64,000 nt of DNA, taken from assembly GCA_043228905.1 (NCBI GenBank), contig JBHGNT010000004.1, forward strand, positions 7,688,001 through 7,752,000. Reading direction: 5' to 3'. The notes beneath the pieces were generated by a model that worked only from the letters and a program-made list of their open reading frames with translations, made no database searches and was not told the origin of the DNA. This document shows positions 49,674 to 63,284 of this stretch, in pieces. Numbering within the stretch: position 1 is the stretch's first letter; each line of letters starts with the position of its first letter. Origin of the DNA: Azolla caroliniana. Taxonomy: Eukaryota > Plantae > Polypodiophyta. The translations under genes were made by a program, and so were the position numbers.

Positions 49674-51290
49674 CAAGGTTGTTAGGTACGTTAGATATGA
49701 TACGGATACCATACGTATATAACGTATTAATACGAGTATAGTACCTCCCAATTTAAAAACATGTTAAATACGTTTTAAAATATGTTAAATACTTATAAAA
49801 TACATAAAATACGTATTTTACGTATAGTACGTTAAATACTTCTAGAATTTGAAAATTATTTACCTTTCTAAAAAATATTTGAAATATTGTAAAAAGCATC
49901 TATGTTTACACAAATTTGTGATGTACATTATAGTTCTACATCCTAAAATGCATATAAGACATTTGAACATTTTACATACTAAAATACTTGTAGGAATATA
50001 ACATCCTAAAGCCTTTAAAGTAACAAATAATTCAATCCATAGTTCTAATAACAAAATTTAGAACAAAAACCTTAAGAACACATAACATCAAATATTTGAA
50101 GGTCCATGAAAGTAAATAAAGGTAAAAAAGAACCACATGAAAATTTTGCTTTAATAAAATACGATATTGATATAACTCGAACTATGTCCAATGTATCAAA
50201 ATGGAGCTTAAATCAAAGAAAAGTAGCATAAGGCTATTGAGCTTAATAATAACTTATAGAAATTAGAAGTATTAGTCTTTAGATCTCGTCCTCATCACCA
50301 TGTTCATCTTTAGATTCGGTGTTAGTTGATGACACCAACACATGTTCTTCGTCAATAAGATCATCATAATTAGTATGAACTTCTGAATCTTCTATTGCAT
50401 TGACATTATCTTGATCATCTAGTGGTAACGAAGCAAATGTACTTGATCATGTTATTCTCCTATTACAAGAAGACCAATCATCATCGCTTCTTGGCCTCTG
50501 CCTCCGTATTCGATTAGTAGGGACTCCATTGCTTGATGTTGTTGTATATGATCTTGTCATGCTCCTTGTCCTTCTCATGCTCATTGTTTCTTGAAAATAG
50601 TTTCATAGAATTCTCTATCCATATCATTGTCATGGCTAATAAATGGAATATCAAGAGTCTTAGAGACATCTATCTCATTTGGATTCACCTGCAAACAAGT
50701 TTATAAAAACTTTAACTTCTAAGTATCACAAACTAGTGTGTTCATGGCAGTAACTAGTTACTAATGCTTACGAAATTTGAGGAATATAAATTATAAAAAG
50801 AATGAATAAAACAATACCTGCATTGGAGATGCATTCACACTCTCAAACTTGCAAACTAGCCTTAAGTTCTCTTGCACATATACCGATCGTTCAAGATGTC
50901 CTCGCTTTAGTCTGTTTCTATTTTTCGTATGTGCAAGAGCATGTGCATTCCAATTCCTTTTCGTTGCCCTAGAAGAGAAATCCAAATAAAAAGAAAATTA
51001 TGAAATAAAATGTAGTACACAAAAGTGAGCTATTTTAGAACTTACCTATAAAATTGATCAATTTTTCAACACTTGACACTTAGTTGAGATAATATGCGGA
51101 CAACTAATGCTTGGAGCTTTGGAGTTCTTCCACCAAAGTTCTCCCACCATGTGATTGGTGTCATCATAGATATCTCCTCACGTGCTAATGCATAGCTAAA
51201 TGTCCTTGTACCATTCCAATATTCATGCAATTCATGAAATAAAATATCACATTCAAGTGTCGAGTACAATTTTCCTATATAGCTCATCTC
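49674..51290 (-). mobile_element. Decayed hAT DNA transposon: 3' end with intron-containing transposase dimerisation domain
   Basis: Minus-strand pieces TPITWWENFGGRTPKLQALVVRILSQ and KRNWNAHALAHTKNRNRLKRGHLERSVYVQENLRL match the hATC dimerisation pattern. They are separated by intron-like AT-rich DNA and followed by an acidic final exon. A terminus-like CAAGGTTGTTAGG at 49674 is followed by TACG/CGTA-rich subterminal DNA. Confidence 0.75.
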
Positions 51291-51645
51291 ATCCCTTCTT
51301 CAAACCACCAAAAGGCAATTGGATGTTGGCGGATCTTCAAGGAAAACCACAATGCCGACGGCACTGTTCATCGGTAAAAGGCGTGGCTTGTGGCGAAGGA
51401 CTACGCTCAAACGCACGGTGTCAACTACGACAAGACATTTGCCCCAGTGGCGAAGATGACTACAATTCAAACCGTGATCACGCTTGCAGCAACAAAAGGG
51501 TGGAACCTCCACCAAATGGATGTAAAGATCATTTTTCTCCAAGGCGAGTTAGAAGAGGAGGTGTACATGATACAACTGCCTAGATTCGGGTCGACTATGC
51601 ATCCGACTGTTGTCTGCCAATTCAAAAAGCCTCTTCATCAACTTT
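51290..51645 (+). mobile_element. Isolated copia RT fragment (A-like)
   Basis: Translates as [61 protein letters not shown]. No LTRs. Confidence 0.8.
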
Positions 51646-51960
51646 GGCCCAATCAAATTCTTAAAAGGAGAGCTCAATAATCCATGTGTTGATTCTATAG
51701 AGTTAAACTTCGAGGAGGGTGATCACATACATTGTTGATCAATCACATGCATAATTGATATATCAAGGTATATTGTGCCCATTTGCCCATTGCTATACTT
51801 GAACTATCATAGTCCATTGTAAAAATGTCTCTCTATCAATTGACAAATCTACGCTTATGTCCACTTTATCTACCGAGGCACATAGTGCTTCTATCTAGAA
51901 TACAATTTAGCAATCTCACTTAAAGGGTGAATGTCTATTTTTTATCACGAGGCGGAGTTG

Positions 51961-52000
<40 letters not shown>

Positions 52001-52116
52001 TAGCGTCCATAGAACGCTGATTGCAATCTTTGATATAGAGCCTAGCCCATTTTAAGAATCAAACGTAGTTTCTCTCAATTTTATGACTTTTGATGCATCA
52101 GTATTAACCACCAAGT

Positions 52117-52150
<34 letters not shown>

Positions 52151-52179
52151 AGAGAAACCTAAGATTTGGTATGTAATAA

Positions 52180-52213
<34 letters not shown>

Positions 52214-52237
52214 AACCTTAGATTTGGTATGTAATAA
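52117..52237. repeat. Duplicated compound microsatellite unit
   Basis: (GT)n(GA)n AACCT(A/T)AGATTTGGTATGTAATAA occurs twice in tandem. Confidence 0.8.
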
Positions 52238-53191
52238 CTTACAACTACAATAATTTAATTACAAATAAAAAAGATAAGAACATTTTCCTACAGACATGCT
52301 TCCATTAGCGACACACTTCATATCAAATGGAAGAATCAGGTTGATTTTCAGTGTCGCTACTATATCTATTACCCTCCTACTCATATGATATCCCAAATTG
52401 AGTGCAAGGATCATCAAACCACTTCAAATTATATTTCCCATGGAAATTTTCTGAAGTACAATATTATGCAATCAAGCATATTATGTGTGATGCAATGCAT
52501 GTGGCACTAAAATCATATTGTATTTATTTCTGACTGAATCTTCTTATAGGCAATAGTTCAAACATGCATTGCCGTACAGTAAACAAATAACCCATAGGAA
52601 TAACAGATTACTTAATATTACAACCTGAAATTTGATGCCCACCATGTGGGGTAATCATAATCCAACAATATAAACATCACTTTTAACCATGTGATAGTTT
52701 CAGAGAAAGTGAGCAGCATCAAATGATCACGGTTGGGTATACAATGTATGGGCATAAATATTGTTTCACAGAAAAGCATGGAACACTCCAATGCAAACAC
52801 CTCAAACCAAAATAGGCTGGTGAATTTAGATTCTTGATACCCTAACTTCATTGACACAGGGCATCATGATTCATGATATAATTTAAGTCTTGGTCACCAA
52901 CCACACTCACTAGACAGCATGAAAATGTAATTTAGAGTCTCGATTGGTAACTACATCCACCACACATGGCACTGTAATGCATGCCGTTAATTTAATATCC
53001 CAACTCAAAATGCAAACTATACATGATTATTCACTATAGTTTTGCAAACTTAATTGATATGGGGTAGATGGATGCTCAACGATAGCCAAGTGACAATGGT
53101 AAAAGCTCAATCAAATATCAACCGTCGGCAAGGACAGCCCATGAGTGCCATACCCACCGAATGGCCAAGGAAAAGTTGGCATACTTCTCCA

Positions 53192-56100
53192 TCAAAAATT
53201 TGACCACCCAGAAGGCGTATTGTGAACCACTGAATGGGAACGTCCTTTTCCATTATACCCAATAGCATTATCATTCCGAACTTCTTTCTGTGAGCCCTGG
53301 CTAGACACCTTGGTTGCTGTGACCCCTGATCCACTACTTGCAAATTTGTCTTCAAATCCCCACACCTCTCCGGACTTGGATCCAGCCGTGGCCTTTGACA
53401 GTTGGCTACTTTCAACCTTCTTCAACACATCCATATTGGAAGTGACATCAAACCTCGCACTACCAGATTCCAGATAACCCTCCTTTTGGGTTGTGTATGA
53501 GTCCTTTTTGGCACCATATACTGGTTTCGGAGAAGCATCTGAGAATGCTTTCCATCCCTGAGGTTCAGATGGAGTATTCAGACTGTCTTGCAAATCCCAG
53601 ACTGTACCAGCTTGTCGCTCAGCATTCTGTTTCAACATAAATCGTTCAGGTCGAATGTCTAGATACAACTTGTAGCACTTGACAAAAATGGAAAAAACAC
53701 AATACAAAAAGGAATATTGCATCTGCAGTCAATGAGCAAGAATGATGTATGAATAACCTTAATTAAGTTAACATATTTATACAGTTATGAATAGCTAGAA
53801 CAGTTTGTGAAACACTTTATTTATACAGAGATAAGGAGGGCTAATAGAAAACCAATGGAACGTGACCCTTGTTCCCACACAATCAATCTTCAAATGATGT
53901 GCTTGTTTGCCATCACAATTTTGTGACGCACATGGTGGTATCCACATACAGTTGTATACTATAGAAACATATGGATAAATTCCAAACCAAGTGTCCAGGC
54001 TCATATCCTACCTATATCTGATGTCCAACCAAATTGCATGTCTAAAAAGACCAAAATGGTATATGGAAGCAAAAAATGCACAAGATCATGAGTTTATTAT
54101 GAGTTTAAAGCATGCATATCCATAAAAGAGAGATGTAAAACTGAAATTGACAACATCAAAAGAAATTAAGATTTTCATAGACCTGCGACATCACATGCTT
54201 TGAATGTGTTAGTACTTCAGACTAAAGACTGACTGTGCACTCAGTTTTCCTATTGATATGAATTTGGATCCACCTCCTCTAGTACCGCTCTCTTGTATCT
54301 TGTGACTTTATCCACATCTTGAGGCCTTTTATCTTTGTTTTTCCATTTCCACCAAGCATTCCATTCTCTTTCACTTTAACATCATATCCGGCTTTTTATT
54401 AGCATTCTGTTTCCTCTAGAAGTAAATGCTTTTATTTTAAGCTAAAATATTTTCTACAAATGGAGTGCAAGTTTTACTACAGATTGTGCTTTTATTTTAA
54501 GTTTACTTTCTCCAAATTAAAAGTTTTATTTTTTTTACTTTAGTCACTTCATAATGCTTTTTAATTGTGCTTCTTCTAAAGTTTAAACTCTACAGTATCC
54601 AACAATTCATAATTCATCAACACAAGAAAAAGGAGGCAGTGCATTGTGCCTTGCGCATAATATCTTACTTCCGTTGGCATATAAAAAACTCCAATCCAAC
54701 CCTAACCCTGACAAGGTACATGGAATATAAGACAAAGAGAACAAAGGATGGATGGGGATGTCTTTAGCTTTGGTCTTGTCAAACAAGAAGACTCAGATCT
54801 AAAAGTCTTTGGCCAAATTCACAAACTGGTTAGACAGCTCAAACTGGAACCTGAAGTTGAACAAAAGCTGAAAAAAATACACCTTCGCTGAATGCTTTTG
54901 AAACAGGTTCTATTCATGAAACTGCAAAATATCACACTATACCTTTGTTTTGCACAATTGTCAATAATAAATTTCATCGAGCTCTGGATCCTATTTTTCA
55001 ACTAAATTTCAACAAGCTATTTCTTATACTACAGAATCAGGGATTAAATTGCCTTGTCAGTTGGAATTTTTTGTTGTAAAATAATATTTATAGGCGGATT
55101 AACTCTTTTTCAATGTATTTCAGCACCCTTGCAATTCTACTGTTAATAAAACAGGCATGTATGTATGTAGGGGGCAGCAAGTTGGGGTTAATTATTGTAC
55201 TTTTCTGAGGCAAAGAAACACACAATTCTAGCTGGTTATATAATCCACTGGTTGATACAAGCCATCCTCACGAGACTTATTTTTATCTTTTTAAAACAAT
55301 CTAACATTTGGCCATCTCATCAGATGTCCAATATTATCACACTCCTGTAAGGTTAAAGAGTGATTATCCTTAAACTAAGGCAGTTGTCCAGAAACTAGAT
55401 TTTCTAGAGTTCAATTTTATAAAATGCTAGTTCTTAGCCTTGGTTCTATTCATGTTCAATCGCATCTCAAATGGCTTCATCTTCTTTATTGCAAATATAG
55501 TATATGGGTTAAAATTGTGCTATCAGGATGGCCTCTTTAGTGAAATACAATACTTTTTCCGGTCAAGTCATTAGGCAACCAAAACAGATCATTTTAAAAC
55601 AAACTGCACCACATGCACAACTAATTGAACTCCAAATTTGTCATCAAATATAAACACAAGAAGAGAAAGCTTATATAGTGAGGCAATAATGTTTTGCCAT
55701 CAGATCAATTAATAAAAAGCATTGAAACTAACATGATCTTGAGAAAACTGAACCAAACCTGAAAGAATGCTTCACTTCCAGATGATGGTTCCTTAGAAGA
55801 AATCTGATTGTTTGCAGCTGCAAGAGATGATTTTAAGTCTTGTATTTCAATCCTCTGAGACCGGCATATTGCTGTTAATTTCTCATATTTTGACGCAATC
55901 TCCGACTTTTCCCTTTGAGCTTCCCTAAGCTCCTTCCTTAAGTTTTCCACTTCCAATTGCCAGTTTTCAAGACCTATTCCTTTATTTTCAGTGGCAACAG
56001 TTGACATTTTCTGGAAATCAGCTACAAACTCAATGAAGGCCTGATCAGGTTTGGAATCCCCACTTAAAACCAGCTGCGAAATATTGCTACTTGAGTTCTT

Positions 56101-59100
56101 CTGCTTATTACCATTGTCTGCTTCAACCCTTGTATTGACAGAGTCAGCATCCCCTGAGCCAGATACAGAATACGTTTTTGCAGCAGAATCCCCCCTCCTT
56201 TTGGCAGGGTCAGTCCTCACTGAATGTGGCTCTTTAAAAGGGCTAGTATTCATTTGCAAGGGAGGACTCTTGGAATTGTATCCAAGCTGGTTTTCTGTGT
56301 TACTGGATTTACTTCTTGGTGGGGAGTTTGTATCCTCATATCGTGTTTCAGGTGCATATTGTGTTGACCAAAAAGTTCCACCTTTGGTAGCACTTGGTGT
56401 TGCAATACGATCTGTTTCTTTAGATGAGGATTGGTGAGTTGGATCCTTCGATGCTGGAGTAGGAGATCCCCTTTCTATGTTTTTCTGAGGTGGTGGCGGT
56501 GGTGGTGCTCTTGAAGGAATACCAGAAGGTTGTTTGTTACCCTGGACCTTATTGCCTATACCCATCATGGAAATATTGAACATATTTAGCTCAGAATACA
56601 AGTGCCTTTTCCAAGCACATTCGTCTACTTACCCATATTATCGTGTGAAGATGCTGAAGATGGTGCTTTTTCTGGAGAAGCTTTTTGACAATCTGAAGGT
56701 AAGGCACTGTTCACCCTATGCCACACCTAATAAAAAATTGAGAATAAACAGTTAAATGGGCTAGCATTCAGTTTCAAGCAATTGTTTTACACAGCCAATT
56801 TCCTAGATGAAGACCCTGACTCGTCATACACCTAGCATGCATTCCTATCTTGCAGCCATTGAACTAACCTAGATCATACAGATGAAGAGGCCGTTCAAGC
56901 AAAGCCCTTGCCTGCAATGCATCTGGTCGTGCTTCAGGGCTGGAATTGAGCATGTCTTTGATCAAGTTTGTCACAACAGTACTATATTTTGGCGCGTCTG
57001 GAATCCGGTAATTCCCATTCAGGATCTGTAGTTTTGAATCGCCATCAAACGCGGACTTCAAATATGCGATTCGATATAATAGACATCCAAGAGCCTGCAG
57101 AAAAATAGATGTTTCACTGAAATTTTCATTGTTAATTGGAAAATTGTGTACTTCTGATTTACGAGAATGCAAGTATCATTCATTTTACCCAGATATCCAC
57201 TTTCTCGCTTATGATTTCTCTTCTGTAAAGATCCCACATCTGCCAAAGCAAATTGAAATGCAATCTGTGAGACAAGGTAAAATCATTTGCTTGAATGAGA
57301 AAATCAGAACACAATTCTTTGTTGTTTCCTCAACAGCCTGGTGCATGTCTAGAGAACTAGAAATAATACAGAGTACATTTTAATTTCCATAATTAGATAG
57401 CATAATATGTTGGATGCATTAATTAGATAACAAACTGCAAGTTTACATGTGGAAAGCCTATTCTTTTCAAGAAATTCAACAAACCTCTGGAGCCCTATAT
57501 GCTGGAGTTGTGTGCTTCCTTATTATGTCCTCCTCAACACCCATCTCCGCCGGTTTCTCAAACCGCTTGTGGTTTGTAGAAATACTACCAAAATCACAAA
57601 GTTTCCAAAGACCATCACTTCCCAAAAGCAAATTTTCTGCTTTTAAATCTCTGGAAATTCAAAACACAGACACCAGAAAGTAAATCAATAGAATTCCCAC
57701 AGAAGGATGATTTCAGTTTTAAGGTTCCTTGATCAACATCATAGAATTGCAAACTGTATTAAGACATTGACATAAAAAATCATGTTGAGCCTTGATAAGT
57801 CAGATATAGATGCATGGCACAAACCATGTTTTGAATACATGCATTAGGAGTCAGGACAGCACTGCCAGTATACCATTGTTTAAAAGAAGACAATGCCTTC
57901 TTTAACAAAACAGTTCTACTGCTACTCACACAGTTCTCTTCTATACAGTTAATAGAATGTCACACATCACAACTGGCAAAATATTTGACTATAATGTCCA
58001 TCGTCAAAAAGTGAAAAGATGGATTGAAAAGAACATGATGTTAAACTATAAAAAAAAACAAATATGGATAATTAATATAGCATTCGATTTTGTGAAATAT
58101 CAATCTAAAAAATGTAGCTTGAAAAAGAGAAAGACATCCAAAAGTACATGTCGCTAAACTGCCAAATAAATAACAGAATATAACGCCCAAATTGGCCAAA
58201 GATCATTCTCTAGCACGCATTTTTCAGCAGATATTGAAAGGTGACATGCTCCCTATTCAGTTACACAATTCACTGAGATAACACAACATCTCTGATTTGG
58301 CCTAGCGCCATTCCATAACAAAGCAGTTTTTTAGCAGATCCCCAAAGTCCATGATGCCAGCCTAGGAGTTATGTAGGTAGTTGACATAATATAACATCTG
58401 ATTTAGCCAGCTGCCAAAAATCAGTCTAAAAATTGCATTTTGGAAAACATGAAAAAACAGATATCAAAGACAAAATGTTATTCTACCGAATCAAACAAAT
58501 AGCACCAGATGTAGCCAACGATCAGTCTATAAATTTCATCAAAAACGCAAAACAATAGATGCCAAATTAGAGCAATGCTATTAGCCTATCCAAGTATATG
58601 AACATCAAACTTAATAGAACATAATAGAATATCAAACTTAACCAAAATTCCTAGTATATGCATCTTGAAAAGAAATAAAAAGATCCCAAATTCAGGCAAT
58701 GATACTAACCTGTTTGATCATCAGGTTATGGGAATCATTATGACATCAAATTTAGACATAAGAACAATGAATAGAACGTGTCCTGAAGAAGCTAATAGCA
58801 ATAAGTATACAAACCTGTGAGCAATTGGAGGTGATTCAGAATGCATCGCATACACTGCATTACAGATGTCGCGGAAGATCAAAAGAAGTTGCTTTTCATC
58901 CAAATATCCAGCACCTCGTCCATCAAGGAACTCAACCATCATCTTCTCACAATACTCGGTCACAATGAAACACTCTTTAGTGCGTCCCATATCATACATA
59001 GACTGACAATGCAAAGTAATGATGTTAGGGTGACCTCTCATAGCTTTAAGAGCAGCCACTTCTTTCTTTACGAGTTCTAGAGACTCGGAATCATTGCAAA

Positions 59101-59275
59101 TGATGTGTTTCAATGCAAAGAGCTTCCCAGACTGTGAATCGCGTCCTAAATAAACACTGGAGAATCCTCCCTGAGCGATAATGCTACGGATCTGGAGCTT
59201 CAGAGAAGCTACTTCGATAGTTTTTCCTTCAAGTCCAGATTGATCTTTAGGAATGAGCTGCTTCAATCTCCACAT
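53192..59275 (-). CDS. AAK1: AP2-associated (NAK family) Ser/Thr kinase, AAK1-like, ~728 aa; exons 59275-58815, 57650-57485, 57239-57189, 57094-56912, 56726-56633, 56555-55759, 53626-53192
   Basis: Kinase segments: MWRLK..GLEGK..IAQGGFSSVY, ALKHIICNDSESL, PPIAHR|DLKAENLL, KLCDFGS, TTPAYRAPE|MWDLY..EKVDIW|ALGCLLYRIAY.KSAFDG.SKLQILNGNYRIP. These are followed by a Pro/Ser-rich linker, a coiled coil (KYEKLTAICRSQRIEIQDLK) and C-terminal WxxF-type motifs (WKAF, WSNF). All exons splice in frame (2187 nt). A small missed exon in the 2.1-kb last intron cannot be excluded. Confidence 0.9.
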
Positions 59276-59443
59276 CGTGTTGTGGATCGCGAAAGATAGA
59301 TAGATGGATAGGGTTATGTTCTGTTTTCTTAGATCTTCTTTCTTCAGAGATGCTCTGTAGTTTCTTCTGCTTCTGCTTCTGCTTCTGCTTCGATGTCTGA
59401 GCGTGATGAGAAATTCTGCAGAGGTAGGAGAAGAATGAGAGCA

Positions 59444-59652
59444 AAGGGAGAGACAGAGCAATCGGTTTCACACCTGGGCATATGGGTCGTCCGGACAAAA
59501 GCCGATGGACGGTGGCCCCGTGCACGCGTTCGTTAACACTTGACCTGAGGGAGACAGGGCAATCGGTTTCACACTTGGGCTTTATGGATCTCGTCTGGAC
59601 AAAGCCGATGGATGGACAAATAGTGGGCGGGGGTGTGGTCGTTAACACTCGA
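59444..59652. promoter_or_regulatory. ~100-bp imperfect tandem duplication in the AAK1 5' leader/proximal promoter
   Basis: AGGGAGA(GA)CAG.GCAATCGGTTTCACAC.TGGGC..GGACAAAGCCGATGGA..CGTTAACACT.GA occurs at 59444-59543 and 59548-59652. Confidence 0.6.
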
Positions 59653-62334
59653 TTCTGACCATTCCTAAACCACATTTCCTCTCTCGTCAGATCGCTTGCA
59701 GAAATTCCTTCACAATATCGTCACCTCAGCCATCTCTACATCTACATGGTAATCCCCTTAGCTCCTATCACCTCCAACATTGTGTTTAGCTTGGCTTCCT
59801 CCTCGGCCTCACATCTGCTTACTATAGATCGTTCAAGCAATCCAATGAGGACGTCCACTTCTTTTGTGCCTCTCATTGTGTAGCATTATCAGCTTTATGT
59901 TGAAGTTTACATTGGCACCCAAAAGGTGCCATTCATATGTATAGTTTTTTTTATTTACACCCCTGTGTCCCTTCTAAAATGATGCTTCCTTAGCTTTTAA
60001 AAAGTAGTAGACTTGATTAGTTTCACGCTTCACCATTTTGGTGATCTTGACAAATGTTTGCCATTATATGATTCCTTGCATAGGTTTTTAATAATAACCA
60101 GAATGGAATGAAACACATAATTACTTCTAACTATTAGACTAAATGTTATTCTATTATAATGGCTAAGAATTTGCTCAAATTTTGGCACAAATGTATACAA
60201 AAAACACTATGCACATGAAGAGCCCTATCTAGTTACAAGTACCTTCACTATAGTTCAAGTGTATGTTGAGGAGGAAGAAAATGTTACCCATGTGTTGTAT
60301 CGCATACTTTTCTTATTAGCTACATGGAAATCATGCCATTTCAATACAATTTTTTAGAGTGGGACAATTGTTAAATCAAGCGTCTCTATTATTTGCGTAT
60401 ATACCACCAAGGACATGTTTTGTTTTGTCGAAAGAGGCATCTCGTATTAAAAAGAAATACGCTTAAAAGACACTAATACTTGCATCAATGATTACTTCAA
60501 ATGTCATAGCATTGCCTTGTATAAGTACCCATCGTGCAATGTTGAGGGTAATAAAATCTTCATGACAATTAGAACATGAGAACCACGATTGCCCATATAG
60601 CTTAGTAATTCATGATAATTTTTATAGGAACAAATTGAAACTCCTTACATAAAGGCAAGCTCACCTCTGTCTTTGATGTATATTGTTAATCTGCCTCGTG
60701 TTTAAAAATACCACTTCGAGTTAGAGGACTATATATCTTTAACGAAACAAATTTGTACAATCTACTATTTATACATCATGTGTCATTTAAAAGCAAGTGA
60801 TTATTGCTATGATTGGTGTAGCAATGCCTACAGCATTAACTATTGAGGTGAAAAGGTAATAAAGTTTATTGGAGTTTGAGGATTGAGGATGTAAAAGTTC
60901 CGTAAAGAAAGACAATTTGAATTTTTGCCAATAATTGAATGTCATATATTTGCAAAGCACATAAGAAAATGCAAGTTACTTTGCCCCAATCAATTTAAGT
61001 ATTTATTTTTCTAAAAAAAGAATATACTCCATTAGTTAAAATATACACAAACGCGATCCCTTTCTCAGGTTTAGGGTTTAGCCTTGCCTAGACTATCCTA
61101 ACCTTCATAAGAAATCTCACTTATTTATCTTACACTTTCACATGTGCCTCTAGCCATCCTTTCATACACATCACCTACATTCACTATTCCACTTGACATC
61201 TCTTTCACGCCCCTCGTTCAACTAATGGGAGGGGGGAACAACCATCTGGGTACTGCATACTGCCATTGTATATCCATTTCATTTGTTGTGGCCGATGTAG
61301 TACACCACCGCTTTCTAAAATTCAGCCTCATTAATTCAACAACATCATTAGTACCATCAATCCGCTCATATTGAGCTCTCAATGTAGTTATTAATGTGTG
61401 CCAGATTAGCTTAATCGATTCAGTTGGAGGGCGTTTGTTTGTTGAAAATACCCTAGTACACCTTGGTCCATATACACCATATGGTAATGGGGGCAAGCAG
61501 CGTCCAAAGATCTCCAAGTTTATGCTTCTGTGCACTAACTATAGGTACCCTGTTGTCAGTTATCGGTCGAACAGTGCCATTCTCCCCTCTGTACTTAGCA
61601 TTGCATGTGTTATCGTATTTCGCCACATCATCCTCAAGACAGTTCCAACAAGCATGACCCCGATTGAGGGTGAATGAACTAGAGGCATGGCAAAGCAAAC
61701 GTAATGCCCTTCCCCATACAGCCACTTCCTCGCGACATTCCCATAAACAATGGGAAATGCTTTCTATTTGTCCACATGCAATACATCTAGGGTCTACACT
61801 GGGGCCTTTACCCCACGTCCCTACCGGCAAGGCTCTATGTGCAATAAGCCATAAACATATCATTATATTGCGGTCATAATTGTCATGCCATATCATTTTC
61901 AAGAATTTATCTAGTCTCATTTCATTAATTTCTTTGCCGGAATCTTGTCGTGTTCTTGTTCTAGAATAATTTGCCTCCCAATTTCCATGTTGTACCTGAA
62001 AAATTGAACCAACTTTGCCCCATCAGTTCGTCCTTGAGTTCTCCAGAAATAGATCGTTGTCCCATGATATCTGATCCAAATGCCCTTCTATAGGCCAACA
62101 CATTGTCGTCGGTGTGATCTCCCTTGACTTGGTGTCAATAATCATATCCTTTCCATTTTTTACTATCAGCCTAATCGACCTTTCTCTTTGATAGGCTGGT
62201 TGCTCATCTCTTGCCATTTCATGCTCTAGTTTGTAGTAGCATGCCTCATTTGGCTCTGCTTTCATTCCCTTAATGCCAATTAAACAATTCTAGGCATCTA
62301 TAAGTCCCGTCCACGCAATTTCAGAGGTAGTTAT

Positions 62335-62863
62335 TGTTGGGAAATAGGTCCCTCCGGATAGGAAGAGAAGAACCGATTTGGTGAGTAACTCGGCCGAGGC
62401 CGAAACCGAAACCGAAATTGAAATCGTTTCGGGAGACTATAATTGTAAATAGTCTAAAATGCCTCTTGGGGGCTATACTTGTAAATAGCCAGAAAGTTGC
62501 TTTTGTTTATAAGCAACTAGGGAAACTTTAGTATTGTGTAGTTGATCATTATCGTAAAAGTTAGAACAAGGTAGTTGCCTCTATAACTGTGAGTGAGTGA
62601 ATGAGAGTGTAACTTTGTAGTCGTCTGTCAAACGAAGGAGAACTTGAGGTCGTTGCCTCGAGTTCCATATTTGTACTTCCTCTCTACCATAGTGATCTGT
62701 TTTTCTCAGGGTTTGTGGACCCCCGTGGTTTTTTCCATTTCGGGGTTTCCACGTAAAATATTGGTGTCTCTGTGTCTTCACGTTTTTCTGTCTATGTACT
62801 AGTTTTTGGTTTCTGCACACGAATACGAACGTGTAACCGGTTGTGGCCGGTTGATTCCTAACA
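62335..62863 (+). mobile_element. Solo LTR related to the element C family
   Basis: Starts TGTTGGGAAATAGGTCCCTCCGGATAGGAAG (C: TGTTAGGAAACAGGTCCCTCCGGATGGGAAG). Shares AACTCGGCCGAGGC, GGCTATA..TGTAAATAGCC and GTGGTTTTT..GGGTTT.CCA with C. Ends CCTAACA; TSD GTTAT/ATTAT with one mismatch. Confidence 0.88.
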
Positions 62864-63284
62864 ATTATTTCTTCCTCTTCCAAGGTATGTTGGTAGCATG
62901 CAATGGCATATGTAATTCTCTTGAGCATGCCTTTACCCCTACTTATTCTCCATATTCTAGCCGTTTGAGTGCCCACCTCATTGGACAAAAACCTCTCCCA
63001 CTCCACTAATGCATTCCCTTGGGCATTGATTAACTCGGCCTATTTGAAGCCTGCTTTTTGTCCTATCATCAGCCCATCCACATCTCTAATCAATGGGTTC
63101 CACACAATTGGCATGTACATACATGCATATGCATCATTTCTCCACCTACCTGTGATCCCCTTTCTGATTTTTTGCCATGCTTTCATAATTCCAACAACAC
63201 AGAGACTCTGCATACTTCCCCAATATTTGGGTCTCATTTTTGGCACAAAACCCCAAAAAGGGTTGCTTGGCCAAAACAACAAAG

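Noticed and set aside
51959-51995. TGTAT matching the expected TSD of element A, followed by (GA)n
   Set aside because: No A-type LTR end precedes it, and a 5-mer match is expected by chance.
54250-54415. Purine-rich intron segment starting AAACAG-AATGCT, like the last AAK1 exon acceptor
   Set aside because: The frame closes after about ten codons and there is no further similarity. At most a cryptic acceptor.
58721-59461. Longer N-terminus for the AAK1-like kinase (ORF start 59461)
   Set aside because: The upstream part is repeat-rich leader with a non-ATG start. Family-like sequence begins at MWRLK (59275).
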